Program-made: the position numbers and the translations under genes
Notes under the pieces: generated by a model
What the model was told of the DNA's origin: nothing
The model's input: the letters and a program-made list of their open reading frames with translations, nothing else
The model's database searches: none
In this document: piece by piece, positions 8,952 to 19,282 of the stretch
How positions within the stretch are numbered: the stretch's first letter is position 1
Layout: each line of letters begins with the position of its first letter
Source: an uncultured Methanosarcinales archaeon
GTDB taxonomy: Archaea; Nanobdellota; Nanobdellia; Woesearchaeales; SKGA01
Length of the DNA: 38,887 nt
Assembly: GCA_964498515.1 (NCBI GenBank)
Contig: CAZCGV010000003.1
Coordinates: forward strand, 1-38,887
Reading direction: 5' to 3'

Positions 8952-9302
8952 TTAACCGATGTTATCCATTTTATGTACTTTGTGCATTATATCTTCAACA
9001 AATCCATTACCACCCAAAGCCTTGTAATCTTTGTATAACTCGTCAATGGTTGATTTCTGCATTAATGTCATGCCATTATTATTCACACCAACCTCATACA
9101 TTTGAAGTATTTGAGACCGCAATAAACTTCTCTGAGAATTCATTATAACTCCGATACCACTTTTTAATTCTGAGTGTGCGTTTCTGTCCTTCTTTACCAT
9201 TTTTGTAATAGAATATATAAAACCTAAAATGATAGGAGAAGCAACGGCTATTAAAATACCGCTTGCAACATCAATAAACATCATTAAATCCCCTTTACTC
9301 AT
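8952..9302 (-). CDS. Membrane-anchored protein (N-terminal TM helix), function unknown
   Basis: The start was moved to the ATG at 9302, which follows an aaagagg RBS. FIDVASGILIAVASPIILGFIY is a TM segment. It lies just upstream of the lysis cassette. Confidence 0.6.
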   Translation of the reverse strand: MSKGDLMMFIDVASGILIAVASPIILGFIYSITKMVKKDRNAHSELKSGIGVIMNSQRSLLRSQILQMYEVGVNNNGMTLMQKSTIDELYKDYKALGGNGFVEDIMHKVHKMDNIG

Positions 9303-9382
9303 TTGTATACCTCTTTTCATCTATTTTATCATATAATTTGATTTATTTGGAAATAATATTTACTCACCTATATTTTATCATT

Positions 9383-9427
9383 AAAAAAACCGCAGAACGT
9401 GACACAAAAGTGACAGACTGCGGTTTT
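9383..9427 (-). terminator. Hairpin with a long loop and a U-tract after the sigma-like gene
   Basis: Stem aaaccgcag/ctgcggttt, a 22-nt loop and a U7 tract on the minus strand. Confidence 0.5.
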
Positions 9428-9635
9428 ATATTACTCTTGATATTTTTCTATTAATTGATTCTATTCTGCGTTTTACGGTCCTTGGATGAAGAAATAAAAT
9501 ATCAGCCATTTGTTCAACGGTATGATTTCCGTTTCTTCTCATGTCAAATATTTTACACTCTTCATCTGTAAAAGGACATTGTTGTATAATGTAATCGTAT
9601 TCATCTTTTGTAAAATCAAACTTATTCATAGGCAC
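9426..9635 (-). CDS. Small sigma-70 region-4 / LuxR-type HTH regulator
   Basis: FDMRRNGNHTVEQMADILFLHPRTVKRRIESINRKI has the region-4-like pattern. Confidence 0.55.
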   Translation of the reverse strand: MPMNKFDFTKDEYDYIIQQCPFTDEECKIFDMRRNGNHTVEQMADILFLHPRTVKRRIESINRKISRVI

Positions 9636-9643
9636 CGCCTATC

Positions 9644-9916
9644 TTATTCGACTATCACTTCGGTTTCGGTACTCTTTTCTTCTTCTTGACCGTCTTCTTC
9701 ACTCTCGGCATTATAATTCACCTCCCCAGTTTCATTGTAAATTGCATTTCCTATGCCAGTCTCAACCTCAACTGTAACTTCCTCGTATTCCCATTGTTGA
9801 GAATGCCAATATTGATAATAGTTAAGAATAATCAGCAGTATAATAATGATAAACTGTCTTTGGTTAACTATCTTCATGTGGTTTAATACTTCCTTTGCCC
9901 AACCTTGTTCACTCAT
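9644..9916 (-). CDS. Single-pass membrane protein with an acidic C-terminus
   Basis: The TM segment is FIIIILLIILNYY. The tail is rich in Glu and Thr. Confidence 0.55.
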   Translation of the reverse strand: MSEQGWAKEVLNHMKIVNQRQFIIIILLIILNYYQYWHSQQWEYEEVTVEVETGIGNAIYNETGEVNYNAESEEDGQEEEKSTETEVIVE

Positions 9917-9939
9917 ATAATCACCTCGACACCATTATA

Positions 9940-10236
9940 TCACACCTTGTCATTAGGGTGGCCTATATTTAATACTTTTGTGATCGTTGTTTCGGATTTA
10001 GATACTGCGTTCTTTTCCATTCTGTCTATATAATCATTTGTGGATTTAACCATTATATTAATTTGTATTTGTAGCCACAGGCAATAAAATATCACAGTAG
10101 CTATACAAAATACAGCGAGTTTGTAAATATCTTCAGAGACGCAATATAGAAAGAATAAGCAATATACAAAAGTGTTAGACTTCAAAAAAATCGTTAACAA
10201 GTTGAACAGTTTCTTGATATTCTGTTTCATCATCAA
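9940..10236 (-). CDS. Putative two-TM small membrane protein (uncertain)
   Basis: Two hydrophobic stretches and a ggggtgg RBS. It overlaps the 10175-10339 ORF by 62 nt in another frame. Confidence 0.4.
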   Translation of the reverse strand: MMMKQNIKKLFNLLTIFLKSNTFVYCLFFLYCVSEDIYKLAVFCIATVIFYCLWLQIQINIMVKSTNDYIDRMEKNAVSKSETTITKVLNIGHPNDKV

Positions 10237-10339
10237 ACCACCCCATTAATTTGGCAACTTCTATAGCCTCTAAAGCGTCTTGTTTTTGTGAATATTTACC
10301 ACAATTTAAAGCGTTTTTAAATTCTTCTTTCCAAGGCAT
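10175..10339 (-). CDS. Small acidic protein, 54 aa (below the track cutoff)
   Basis: MPWKEEFKNALNCGKYSQKQDALEAIEVAKLMGWFDDETEYQETVQLVNDFFEV. A ggaggtg RBS lies 7 nt upstream. The start overlaps the upstream stop as TAATG. Confidence 0.45.
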   Translation of the reverse strand: MPWKEEFKNALNCGKYSQKQDALEAIEVAKLMGWFDDETEYQETVQLVNDFFEV

Positions 10340-10941
10340 TATAAAGCACCTCCGTTCTCTAATAGTTCAATTCTTTGTTTTGAATCAAGTGCAATTTTTG
10401 CAACATCTAGAATAGAAACGCTGTGAGTTGCTCTTGCTTCTTTTTCTTTTAAAAGATCGTTTTCAAGCTCTTCTATTTTAATTTTAGCTTCAATTTCTCT
10501 AACTTTATCACAGCAAATACCTTGTTCAATATAATCGCAAGAACATTTAATATATTCATCTTGTACTAAGGCGATTCCGATTTTATCCACCCAATAAGTA
10601 GAATTGTACATTTCTACCAAATTTCTACTTAGGAAAGTTTCTTCAGTAACATCAAATTCAACAACACATTCTTTTAATCTAGTACCTATTAAGGTATCAT
10701 ATATTACGTTCCCCTCTTCATCAACAGCCACTATCATAAGTTCGTTTTCAAAATCATCTAACACTACATTGCCTTCATCGTCTTTTAGTGCAATCATTCG
10801 TTCAACCGTATATGGATATTGTTCATAAACGTCATCAATTTGAGCAATAGGTAAATTTGTAGTATTAGAACTAATATCAACGACTTTCCCATTCAGTGGA
10901 TTATTTGTTAAATCTTCAAACGGCTTGCAATAAATTTTCAT
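10339..10941 (-). CDS. Hypothetical protein downstream of the tail fibre (possible fibre accessory protein)
   Basis: Translationally coupled to the fibre gene. The C-terminus looks like a coiled coil. No family recognised. Confidence 0.65.
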   Translation of the reverse strand: MKIYCKPFEDLTNNPLNGKVVDISSNTTNLPIAQIDDVYEQYPYTVERMIALKDDEGNVVLDDFENELMIVAVDEEGNVIYDTLIGTRLKECVVEFDVTEETFLSRNLVEMYNSTYWVDKIGIALVQDEYIKCSCDYIEQGICCDKVREIEAKIKIEELENDLLKEKEARATHSVSILDVAKIALDSKQRIELLENGGAL

Positions 10942-13664
10942 TACACTACTCCCCTCACTTCTGTAACTCTCAACTCTCCATCACCAGAATTAGGAAGTAT
11001 AGTAATTTGTCCAGTAGTCTCTGATGATACATCTAATTCTATAGTTCCACTTCCCCCATTTACAGATGAAGCTCCAAATGATAAAGTCAGAATATTTGGC
11101 AATGTACCTCCAAAACTTTGACATGTAACTCTTATAACTGAATATGCACTTACGTCTACCGTTTCAGTTACAGCTTGTTTGTACGGAGTTACACTTATTG
11201 GGAAATACGTTGATTGCCTATCTGTTATTGTCCAAGCCACATTTTCTGTTCCATTCTCATAAAACAAAAAGTCGTTAGGAGAAGTAATTTCAAATGCGTT
11301 AGTTATTGATTTGTATTCTATTCCTCCAACACCATAAATTGATACTGCGACATAATAATATTTTGTATTAACGTCAATTGAAGTTGTAATTGATTCGTTT
11401 GTTCCTGGGTTGTACTTTTGAATACCATTAATATTATTTAATTGTTCATAAGTGTAATGGTTTATATCAAATTCTGATTGATATATTTCAGTTCTCACAA
11501 AATCGCTTGTTTCTGGATTATTCCATGTACATAATCCATAAGGTGTTACCGAGAAACCCGTTACTATTTTAGCACCTAAAACACCAATCGCTTCATTTAA
11601 TGTTTTTGTATTAACATCAATTTTAGCCGATGTATCAGCGACAGTTTGTGTTAAATCATCGTGCGATTGTGCTAGTGAATTGCTTGCGTTAATTTCAACT
11701 TCAAATCCTGGAGATGTTTCTGAGGTAGTGTAATAAACATAAATTTTATTGATATCTATGTTGTTATCTTCTACTACCGATTGAAGAATAGTCCATCTAT
11801 AATTTCCGTTACCAAAATCACTTAATTTGTTTCCCAAACTAATAATATTTTCACCATTGTATATTACTTTTTCAATATCTTTTGCCCTAAATTCAAAATA
11901 AGTATCGTTAAATCTAGAGTCATTAGTAACATACACGGTGCCATCTAAATGTAATGTAGCCAATTCATTAGGTATCACGCCAACTTCTGACGTAAACTGA
12001 GTATAATCGGCATAAGCGTTAACTTGACCTACTGTGTCTAGTTTAGATGTTTCTGGTGAGGCTAGCTCATAAGTTAAAGAAGTACCAACCAATCCACCAT
12101 TTTGAAGCGACTTTTTAGCTTCTTCAATATCTGTAAATCTACCCTTTTCTACAAATAAATAGATTCTAGTTGACAAACTTAAAGAGTCAATATATGTTCC
12201 GACATAATTTATATCATCAGCAAGCGAAGCACCAGTATACAATAAATTTCTTGAAAATCCTTGTATAATATGTTTATTTGCTGTTATACCAGCATTTTGT
12301 GCAAATATCCCATGTAGACCATTCCTATCTATCTGTACGATATCATAATTTGTAGAACTTGATACTTCTAACAAAATAATATCGCTAGATTTTAATTTAT
12401 AATCATGCCCATCCTTTAAAACATTAGTCCCAGCAATTTTAACACCATTTTTTGTATCAATTTCGTCTGCTGTTCCATTTGGCACAGAGCCTAATAAGTC
12501 TGGGTAGACTACCTGTGAGTTTTTATTGGATACATAATCCGTTGAGGTCGTACCTTCTTCTAATTGAGTTGTATCTATTTGAGTTTTTGACACAGTTACC
12601 CTTAAATATTTTGAATTAGTTGGGGCTAATCCTCCGGTTGAACTAAATAGGCCTAAATTAGAACCTAATTTTTTATCACTCCAAAATGTATTTGCAGACA
12701 AAAAATTAACTATACTATATTGTTTTCCACTTTCAATTAAAATATCAATCGTAGAAAATGTGTCGTCATTACCAATTCCACCGCCGCCCAACGCAAATCC
12801 ATCAACGGTACTAAATTTATCAAAAAAGTTCTTATTAACACTTTTAACCGACACACCTCTTGTATGTTGCACACCACTAAAATATCCATTTTTGGTATAT
12901 CCAATATATTCATCAAGTGTTTTATCACCATCTTCAATCACAAATGTACCGCGCGGTATATCTATTTCCAACACTTTCCCATTAGCTGTTGCTGAATCAG
13001 CAAATATTAATCTATAAGTGATAAGATTTGAAATGCTTGAGTTTATTGGTTCATCAGCTATTACACCACCCTCAAACCATTCATTTATAGTGGGATTAAC
13101 TTCGTTTATAAAGTGTCTAAAAACACCACCACTAACAACCGAACATTCTATTTCATTTGAATCAGCTGTTGTTGTCCTAGCTTTACCGTACCCAAAACGT
13201 TTAGTGTTGGCTACATAATTAGGTAGTGTGTAATTAATTCCAATTTGTAAATTTGAACCATCACCTGTAATTCTTAAAACGTCACCAACAACTGTAGCTG
13301 TACCACCGAACACAGACCACTTGGTTAAATCGTCTACATTTTTATCAACTAAATTTACAAGTGTTTTACCTTTAATTATTGCGTTGCAAGGCGTGTTAAA
13401 TTTTGTTTCTTGTGTAGATTTTATTGATGAATCAGGAGTTAATTGTACTTGAATAGGCACTAAATCACCATATAAATCATACAAACTATCTACAATTGGT
13501 TGTAAAAACGCTTTGTTTTGAGCCGTTCCTAATTCTGATATAATTCCAGGTATTTTAGAATAGTCAAAAGTTCCTAATACTTGTCCTGTTGCAACATCTG
13601 TTAATTCTATTCGTTTTGGGTGTTCTACAACTCTGTTTTTTACATCCACATATTCATAACTCAT
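10941..13664 (-). CDS. Tail fibre / receptor-binding protein (907 aa)
   Basis: Largest late ORF after the tail-tip genes. Assigned by position and size only. Confidence 0.65.
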   Translation of the reverse strand: MSYEYVDVKNRVVEHPKRIELTDVATGQVLGTFDYSKIPGIISELGTAQNKAFLQPIVDSLYDLYGDLVPIQVQLTPDSSIKSTQETKFNTPCNAIIKGKTLVNLVDKNVDDLTKWSVFGGTATVVGDVLRITGDGSNLQIGINYTLPNYVANTKRFGYGKARTTTADSNEIECSVVSGGVFRHFINEVNPTINEWFEGGVIADEPINSSISNLITYRLIFADSATANGKVLEIDIPRGTFVIEDGDKTLDEYIGYTKNGYFSGVQHTRGVSVKSVNKNFFDKFSTVDGFALGGGGIGNDDTFSTIDILIESGKQYSIVNFLSANTFWSDKKLGSNLGLFSSTGGLAPTNSKYLRVTVSKTQIDTTQLEEGTTSTDYVSNKNSQVVYPDLLGSVPNGTADEIDTKNGVKIAGTNVLKDGHDYKLKSSDIILLEVSSSTNYDIVQIDRNGLHGIFAQNAGITANKHIIQGFSRNLLYTGASLADDINYVGTYIDSLSLSTRIYLFVEKGRFTDIEEAKKSLQNGGLVGTSLTYELASPETSKLDTVGQVNAYADYTQFTSEVGVIPNELATLHLDGTVYVTNDSRFNDTYFEFRAKDIEKVIYNGENIISLGNKLSDFGNGNYRWTILQSVVEDNNIDINKIYVYYTTSETSPGFEVEINASNSLAQSHDDLTQTVADTSAKIDVNTKTLNEAIGVLGAKIVTGFSVTPYGLCTWNNPETSDFVRTEIYQSEFDINHYTYEQLNNINGIQKYNPGTNESITTSIDVNTKYYYVAVSIYGVGGIEYKSITNAFEITSPNDFLFYENGTENVAWTITDRQSTYFPISVTPYKQAVTETVDVSAYSVIRVTCQSFGGTLPNILTLSFGASSVNGGSGTIELDVSSETTGQITILPNSGDGELRVTEVRGVV

Positions 13665-14044
13665 AGTATATCCTCCCCACTTTCGAACGTTCCTGCGTAT
13701 TTGTAATTGTCAATCATGTTGTTGATTAACGTGTAAATTGACTCTAAATTTTTTTCAATATTGTTAGCGCCTACGTAATTCATTCTTCTAACGCTATCCG
13801 GCAATTGAGGTGCCGTGGTGTAAAAAACATCAATCAAGTTATCAATATTTCCTATATATCTTACATCATCCTCAACGTTGAAAAACTCAGTTACACTCCA
13901 AGTGTCTTTTGTATCAACAGAATTTATATACCCAGCAGTGTTCAATAAATCGGATAGGGTTTGTACATTTGACTCAACCCTATTAAGGTCCGATATGTTG
14001 TAAAAAGTCTGAGGGACTTCCGTTCTATCGGTTACGAATATCAT
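13661..14044 (-). CDS. Tail-associated hypothetical protein
   Basis: Overlapping start and stop codons link it to both neighbouring tail genes. Confidence 0.55.
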   Translation of the reverse strand: MIFVTDRTEVPQTFYNISDLNRVESNVQTLSDLLNTAGYINSVDTKDTWSVTEFFNVEDDVRYIGNIDNLIDVFYTTAPQLPDSVRRMNYVGANNIEKNLESIYTLINNMIDNYKYAGTFESGEDIL

Positions 14045-15678
14045 TGAATCACCCCTTGAATTTTAGTGGTAGTTACAAAACCGCCTGTTAAGTCGATCGA
14101 CATTTCTGTAATGTACCCTAATAGTATTTTATCATATAAAGCGCCCGTTTGTACGTATTCACCGACACTTTCAGACTCAGATACCATTTGTATTGATCGT
14201 TCTGTAATGCCTACGAGTTTTGAATACATATTTTCCACGTTTGCTTGTCCATCGGATATGATTGTGTTTTCAAATTTCACCACATTCGGATTAACGGTAG
14301 GTGGCAATCCAGGTACATTTTTTTCAAATACTTGGGTGCTGACGTTGTAACCGTTACCAGTTATGACAACCTCGCCACCTGTGGTCGTAAATTCAGCGTA
14401 GTTATTACCGCTTTTGACAATGGTGCCGTTTTGAATTGACAGATTTGTAAAAGGTTCTGTAAAAAATGCTTTATAGGTTCCTAAATCATGAGTCACTCTA
14501 TATACTTCGGTTGTCTCAGCACTTTCTGTGTATGAACTCAACGAAAGGGACACGCCTGTTATTTTATCAAGTTCAGTTTGCTTTGGTCCAGTGAAGATAT
14601 TGTTTATATCCACAGTTTGTGGATTAGTTGTTGATAACTTATAGAAATTAATTTTGCTGGATCTCGAACAATCAACCACTGCATTGACAGCAAAAGCAAC
14701 TATTTGTATCGCTCGCCTGTAATCTGTAACTGGTATATATCCACTCACATTGATATTTTTTAACTCGTCTGATATTTCGTATAGAGTTGTTCCAAAAGAT
14801 GCCATAATCGAAGAAATGACGTTCTCAAAAGTATCATTTACAATACCGCCAGTGTATTCAGTTCTTGAAAAAGCACCCAAAAGGTCCTCTGTTTTTAGTT
14901 CTATATTGTGATTGTTTGGATTTGACCTGTTTCTAAGGTAAAAAGTTCCCATTGGTACTCTTGCATCATTGATATACTCATAAGCGATTATCTTTTGCTG
15001 ATCGTTTAATAATGAATAAATCTTTGATATATATTCTTCATCTCTGATATACAGAGTTGTGTCCATTGTGTTAATGCTTATTTCATCGGAAAGCGTGTCT
15101 ATTTCCTCAACAATTTTAGCTTTTAAAACTTCTTCGCTAAATATAATACTTTGGCCATAGCCTATTTCTTGAAGTTTGAGATAATGTCCAGGTTTATTGG
15201 TTTTTATAAATAAAACTTCTATTCTTTTGTAATTATCAACAACATCTACAACATTAAAAATGTCTCTATCGTTGGTAAAAGTTTTGTCTAAAATCAATAA
15301 ATTAGAAGCATCATACCATTTTATATTTACGTCGGTTGCATACTCGCCTGGATAGAAAACGAAAGTTAACCCTTCGCTTGTGTGCGGTCCTGTAAAGTTT
15401 ATAGACAAACTAACGTTTATGTCTCTATTTCCGTCAGATTGAGATAACGACCAATAGCCATATTTTAACTCGTTCATATCTACAGGAAAAAGATTCATCG
15501 TGCCATCTAGTCGCCACTGATCATTCTCTAAAGTGGCATAGTTGACAGGTGCGTCAAAATCTTCCTTCATATCGGACAACACGGAGAATGGCTGCTTATC
15601 CGTTGCAGAATAAACAGCATCTTGTTCAATTGCATCATCGAAAAGCCTTAAATCTAATTCAGTTCTAGTCTTTGGCAT
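14041..15678 (-). CDS. Tail tip protein (Tal / baseplate-hub-like, putative)
   Basis: 545 aa, second gene after the tape measure. Assigned by siphovirus synteny. Confidence 0.5.
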   Translation of the reverse strand: MPKTRTELDLRLFDDAIEQDAVYSATDKQPFSVLSDMKEDFDAPVNYATLENDQWRLDGTMNLFPVDMNELKYGYWSLSQSDGNRDINVSLSINFTGPHTSEGLTFVFYPGEYATDVNIKWYDASNLLILDKTFTNDRDIFNVVDVVDNYKRIEVLFIKTNKPGHYLKLQEIGYGQSIIFSEEVLKAKIVEEIDTLSDEISINTMDTTLYIRDEEYISKIYSLLNDQQKIIAYEYINDARVPMGTFYLRNRSNPNNHNIELKTEDLLGAFSRTEYTGGIVNDTFENVISSIMASFGTTLYEISDELKNINVSGYIPVTDYRRAIQIVAFAVNAVVDCSRSSKINFYKLSTTNPQTVDINNIFTGPKQTELDKITGVSLSLSSYTESAETTEVYRVTHDLGTYKAFFTEPFTNLSIQNGTIVKSGNNYAEFTTTGGEVVITGNGYNVSTQVFEKNVPGLPPTVNPNVVKFENTIISDGQANVENMYSKLVGITERSIQMVSESESVGEYVQTGALYDKILLGYITEMSIDLTGGFVTTTKIQGVIQ

Positions 15679-15679
15679 G

Positions 15680-16063
15680 TTAACTCCTATCTACCGCAAT
15701 AAATTTAACGGTCATTTCTCCCCAAAAGTTGTTAGTTCCTGGTCTTAATCTGATTAAAGGCATTTCCAATGGTCCTGGATACATCAATCTAGTGTAAGTG
15801 CCTAAAGGTGTTATCATTTCTACATCGTGATTTCTAGTGCCGTCGGGTTGAACTGTTTTTAAATCTTCGTAAAGATCCGCAAAATCTTGGTTGTTGTCTC
15901 CTTTGAAAGTGATTTCCAGGTTTTCAAAATAACCAATTGTTTCATATTTTAACGAACCTGTTTGCTCAGATCTATTTCCGTATTTGTCCAACCATTCACC
16001 ACTAGGCCTATAACTAGTTATATCTATGTTGTAAGTACGCCCGTCCATTGTAAATTGTGTCAT
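15680..16063 (-). CDS. Distal tail protein-like (short, putative)
   Basis: The start was moved to the ATG at 16063, which follows an aaggag RBS. The 170-aa track ORF would overlap the homing endonuclease by 107 nt. Assigned by synteny only. Confidence 0.4.
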   Translation of the reverse strand: MTQFTMDGRTYNIDITSYRPSGEWLDKYGNRSEQTGSLKYETIGYFENLEITFKGDNNQDFADLYEDLKTVQPDGTRNHDVEMITPLGTYTRLMYPGPLEMPLIRLRPGTNNFWGEMTVKFIAVDRS

Positions 16064-16085
16064 TAATCCGTCACTCCTTTCATTA

Positions 16086-16814
16086 TCAAACAAAAAACCA
16101 ATTATATCCTCCTGCTGATTTTCTTTGTTTTTTGCAAACTTGTGATATGTTTTTTCTATTAACGCCAGTTTTCTCCTCGGCTTCTTTTGCACTTGAAAAT
16201 TCTTTTATAAAAACACCACTTTTGAAAAATTGAGAAACTTTTTTATTTTGAGACAAAGAAATTTTATTTTTAGTCTCATCAGTCATTTTCTTTCTTGGCT
16301 TCTGTTGTTGTATATCTTCCGTGTTTCCATTAAAAAGTTTAAACTGATACCCGTGATAAATGGTAGGTGTGTTTTTTATTTTTATACAAGAACTATTTTT
16401 TTTAAAATCTGCATTTGCAAATTTAGATGCTTCTTGTATGCTTTCAAATGTACGTATGTAGACTCCGTTTAAGTCATACATATTTATCCGCTTCCTTTTT
16501 TTTGCGTAAACAGATTTATGGTATTTCTTTTTTCCATTTTCCCCGCATTCTTTGTTGTATCCATTAGGGAAAGCGGTTCCGAATTTAGAAATGTAATACA
16601 ACTCTTTTGATTTCAATTCCTCTTCTTTGCATTCGCAAATAATCTTGTAAAAAAAATTTTCTTTTCCAAATTCGTCTATATCCTTCGAAAAATAAGAATT
16701 ATGATGATCGCCTTTGTTCCTTAGATGCTCAGATACCCTTTTTTTTATTCTCTTACTCGAACCAACGTAAGATTTTCCATTGATTTTGTTAGTTATAATG
16801 TATATCCCTGTCAT
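16086..16814 (-). CDS. GIY-YIG homing endonuclease (I-TevI-like, with NUMOD-type DNA-binding modules)
   Basis: GIYIITNKINGKSYVGSSKRIKKRVSEH and YNKECGENG fit the catalytic domain. KMTDETKNKISLSQ is NUMOD3-like. FSSAKEAEEKTGVNRKNISQVCK is NUMOD1-like. Confidence 0.9.
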   Translation of the reverse strand: MTGIYIITNKINGKSYVGSSKRIKKRVSEHLRNKGDHHNSYFSKDIDEFGKENFFYKIICECKEEELKSKELYYISKFGTAFPNGYNKECGENGKKKYHKSVYAKKRKRINMYDLNGVYIRTFESIQEASKFANADFKKNSSCIKIKNTPTIYHGYQFKLFNGNTEDIQQQKPRKKMTDETKNKISLSQNKKVSQFFKSGVFIKEFSSAKEAEEKTGVNRKNISQVCKKQRKSAGGYNWFFV

Positions 16815-16865
16815 TTGCGCCTCCTATCTAATCACCATTATACATTATAACTTAACAGGTTTCAA
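16086..16865 (-). mobile_element. Free-standing homing-endonuclease cassette with its own promoter, between the tape measure and tail-tip genes
   Basis: The ORF sits downstream of a TTGAAA-17-TATAAT promoter at 16837-16865 whose -35 overlaps the tape-measure stop codon. Confidence 0.6.
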
Positions 16866-19069
16866 TCAGTAACAATCTTTAGTTTCTTACCTCTTCTATA
16901 ACCTTCTTCTTCAATAACGGGTTTTAAAATTCTGCCAAGTTCAGCTAAATCGCCATCGAATTTAATTACAGTTTCTTGGCCTTTTAAAGATTTCATTTCT
17001 TCAAGCAAACTAGCGAAATCAGATTCAGAAGATTTTGTATTATATCCGTATCTTTCGAATTGTGCACCTAGCGGAATGTCTGTGCCTGTTGATAACTTCG
17101 GTAGTGTAATTTCAGAAAACTTTCTAAGATTCAAACTAAACTCTTTGCCACCGATTTCAGGAACCCAATCAGGTATATCAAAGGATAATTCATTGAATTT
17201 ATCAACTAGATCATTGATACCTCTTGTGATTGCATTGAAGAAGTTTTCAAACTTTGTGATCCAATTATTAATAAAGTTAGTTATGTTTTCTGTCATTGCA
17301 TAAAACGCGCTATTTTGGTTGTTAAATACAGCATCCCACAAATACCAAAATCCGTCATCCAAAGGAGTTATTACGTTATTCTCAATCCATTTAACAAACC
17401 CACCTAGCATTGTTTTTTCTTCTTTTGATGCTTGCTCTATGAAATCCTGTAATGATTTGGCGTCTGTTTTGGCTGTGGTGAATACATTATCACCTCTGAA
17501 CTCTTCACCTTTAAACCAGGCAATATCTTCCTCAATAGCTTCGCCTAGAGGGTCTAATAATTCACCAAGTGATTTTGCATCTTTTTTTGCTGTGGTGAAA
17601 ACATTATCTTCTTGCGCTATTTCTTCACCACTTAACCACCTGTTGAACTCTTGTAGGTCGGTTATCATTTGGTCGAGAATCGTTAATAGTAAGCCTCCTG
17701 TCCACTTCCCTAGAGGGATTAAAAAATCTTCCCAAAACCAAGTGGCGTAAGGTTGTAATTTTTCTAACACTATATCTAGTGTTTCGGCTGATACGGATAA
17801 CAATTCCAAGAATCTAGGCAATACCTCCTCGATTGTGAATTTAGCAAGTGGAACAAATAGGTTTTTATATGCCCATTCAAGACCACTGAATAACTTTCTA
17901 ACCAGTGGTTCCGTAGCTTCTTTTAGTCCCGAAAGTGCATTGTTTAAATTAGTCAAGTCAATGGACTGTAAATCACTAAGCAATTCTAATAATTTTTCAT
18001 AAAACGGAGATATTTCAGATACTTCCGTTTCCCCTAAGTCTGTTGTAACGTCAATTTTTGTGGACACTCCACCTATCTCACTGGTTGCAACATCTGTTGC
18101 AGATTGCTTTTGAAGTACGTTTAATTCATCGAACCCAGCAACAGTGTTTTTTAAAGCTTTGTTTGTATCTTCTACGGCCCCAGTAAGTGCGTCTTGTTCG
18201 GATACGCTATCAGAAATTCCACTGGTCACTTCTGTTTGTTGCTCTATCTGCTTACCTGTTACAGCGGTGTAGAAACTATTAAATTGTTCTGTTGCTGCGA
18301 TCAATATTGATAGGAAATTATTAAGTGCTTTAATTGCTGGTGTAAATACATTGATTAGGTTTTGACCAATAAGACCAAGGAATTGTTTCCAACGTTCGGT
18401 TAAAATCCTTGTTTGATTTGCCCAGGAATCTTGCGTTTTTTCGAAGTCATTGAATGTATAACCTAGATTTTTAACTAAGAAATCAAACCTTAAAGTTTGT
18501 TGTTCAGCTTCGGACATTTCTTTCCAAGCTTTATTAATTCCCTTTGATAAAGCGAATGTTTCTAGGTTTGCTATTTTTGCATTAAGACCATATTTTAACA
18601 TCGTTTCAGCACTGCCAGCAAAGTAAGATTGAATATCTTGGTTCACTACATCTGAAGAACGGTTAAAAAACGATGCCATACCACCACTAGCACCAGTTAA
18701 AACAGTAGCCATGTTAGCAATTTCTTTCGTTGCTATTCCTGTTGGTTTAAGTATAGCCCCTATAGTAGATGCGTATTTCTTTGCAGATAACTCAGAAAGT
18801 CCAAATTTATCTATGGCTGTTTTTGAAAATTCGTCTATTTGTGTAGACATATCACCGAAAACAGTATCCACAACGTTTTGAACTTCTTGCAAGTCAGACG
18901 CTATCTCTACAGCTTGTTTACCGAATTCTATTAACGCCCTTGTGCCGAACGCTAACGCAATCGCTCCACCTAGCTTTTTAACCGATTTGGATAATAAACC
19001 TATGTCTTTGTTAAATCCCTTGGAGTCTATCTTGGTGTTAAAATTTAGCGTACCATCATAAGCCATCAC
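16862..19069 (-). CDS. Tail tape measure protein
   Basis: 735 aa. The TP901-like core is FGTRALIEFGKQAVEIASDLQEVQNVVDTVFG. It has hydrophobic segments and an internal 39-aa tandem repeat (DNVFTTAK-DAKSL). Confidence 0.9.
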   Translation of the reverse strand: MMAYDGTLNFNTKIDSKGFNKDIGLLSKSVKKLGGAIALAFGTRALIEFGKQAVEIASDLQEVQNVVDTVFGDMSTQIDEFSKTAIDKFGLSELSAKKYASTIGAILKPTGIATKEIANMATVLTGASGGMASFFNRSSDVVNQDIQSYFAGSAETMLKYGLNAKIANLETFALSKGINKAWKEMSEAEQQTLRFDFLVKNLGYTFNDFEKTQDSWANQTRILTERWKQFLGLIGQNLINVFTPAIKALNNFLSILIAATEQFNSFYTAVTGKQIEQQTEVTSGISDSVSEQDALTGAVEDTNKALKNTVAGFDELNVLQKQSATDVATSEIGGVSTKIDVTTDLGETEVSEISPFYEKLLELLSDLQSIDLTNLNNALSGLKEATEPLVRKLFSGLEWAYKNLFVPLAKFTIEEVLPRFLELLSVSAETLDIVLEKLQPYATWFWEDFLIPLGKWTGGLLLTILDQMITDLQEFNRWLSGEEIAQEDNVFTTAKKDAKSLGELLDPLGEAIEEDIAWFKGEEFRGDNVFTTAKTDAKSLQDFIEQASKEEKTMLGGFVKWIENNVITPLDDGFWYLWDAVFNNQNSAFYAMTENITNFINNWITKFENFFNAITRGINDLVDKFNELSFDIPDWVPEIGGKEFSLNLRKFSEITLPKLSTGTDIPLGAQFERYGYNTKSSESDFASLLEEMKSLKGQETVIKFDGDLAELGRILKPVIEEEGYRRGKKLKIVTD

Positions 19070-19138
19070 TACACCCCTTTCTATAATTTATATATCAGAA
19101 GTTATCGGCTCATAATGGCACTACTTAACTTTAATATT

Positions 19139-19282
19139 CTATTTTGTGATTTCGAATATCTTACCGCATCCACGACCTTTGCATTTTACCCAAAGGTCTT
19201 TTGATTTAGCGTCTTTGCCTAAAAATATAGGCATTTTGTAGCCACAGTGAGGGCATTTAAGTTGTTCTTTATTCTGCTTCAA
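19139..19282 (-). CDS. Possible 47-aa zinc-ribbon protein with a TTG start (unannotated)
   Basis: (M)KQNKEQLKCPHCGYKMPIFLGKDAKSKDLWVKCKGRGCGKIFEITK. A ggagg RBS lies 8 nt upstream of the TTG. It overlaps the end of the Gp15-like gene by 14 nt. Confidence 0.35.
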   Translation of the reverse strand: MKQNKEQLKCPHCGYKMPIFLGKDAKSKDLWVKCKGRGCGKIFEITK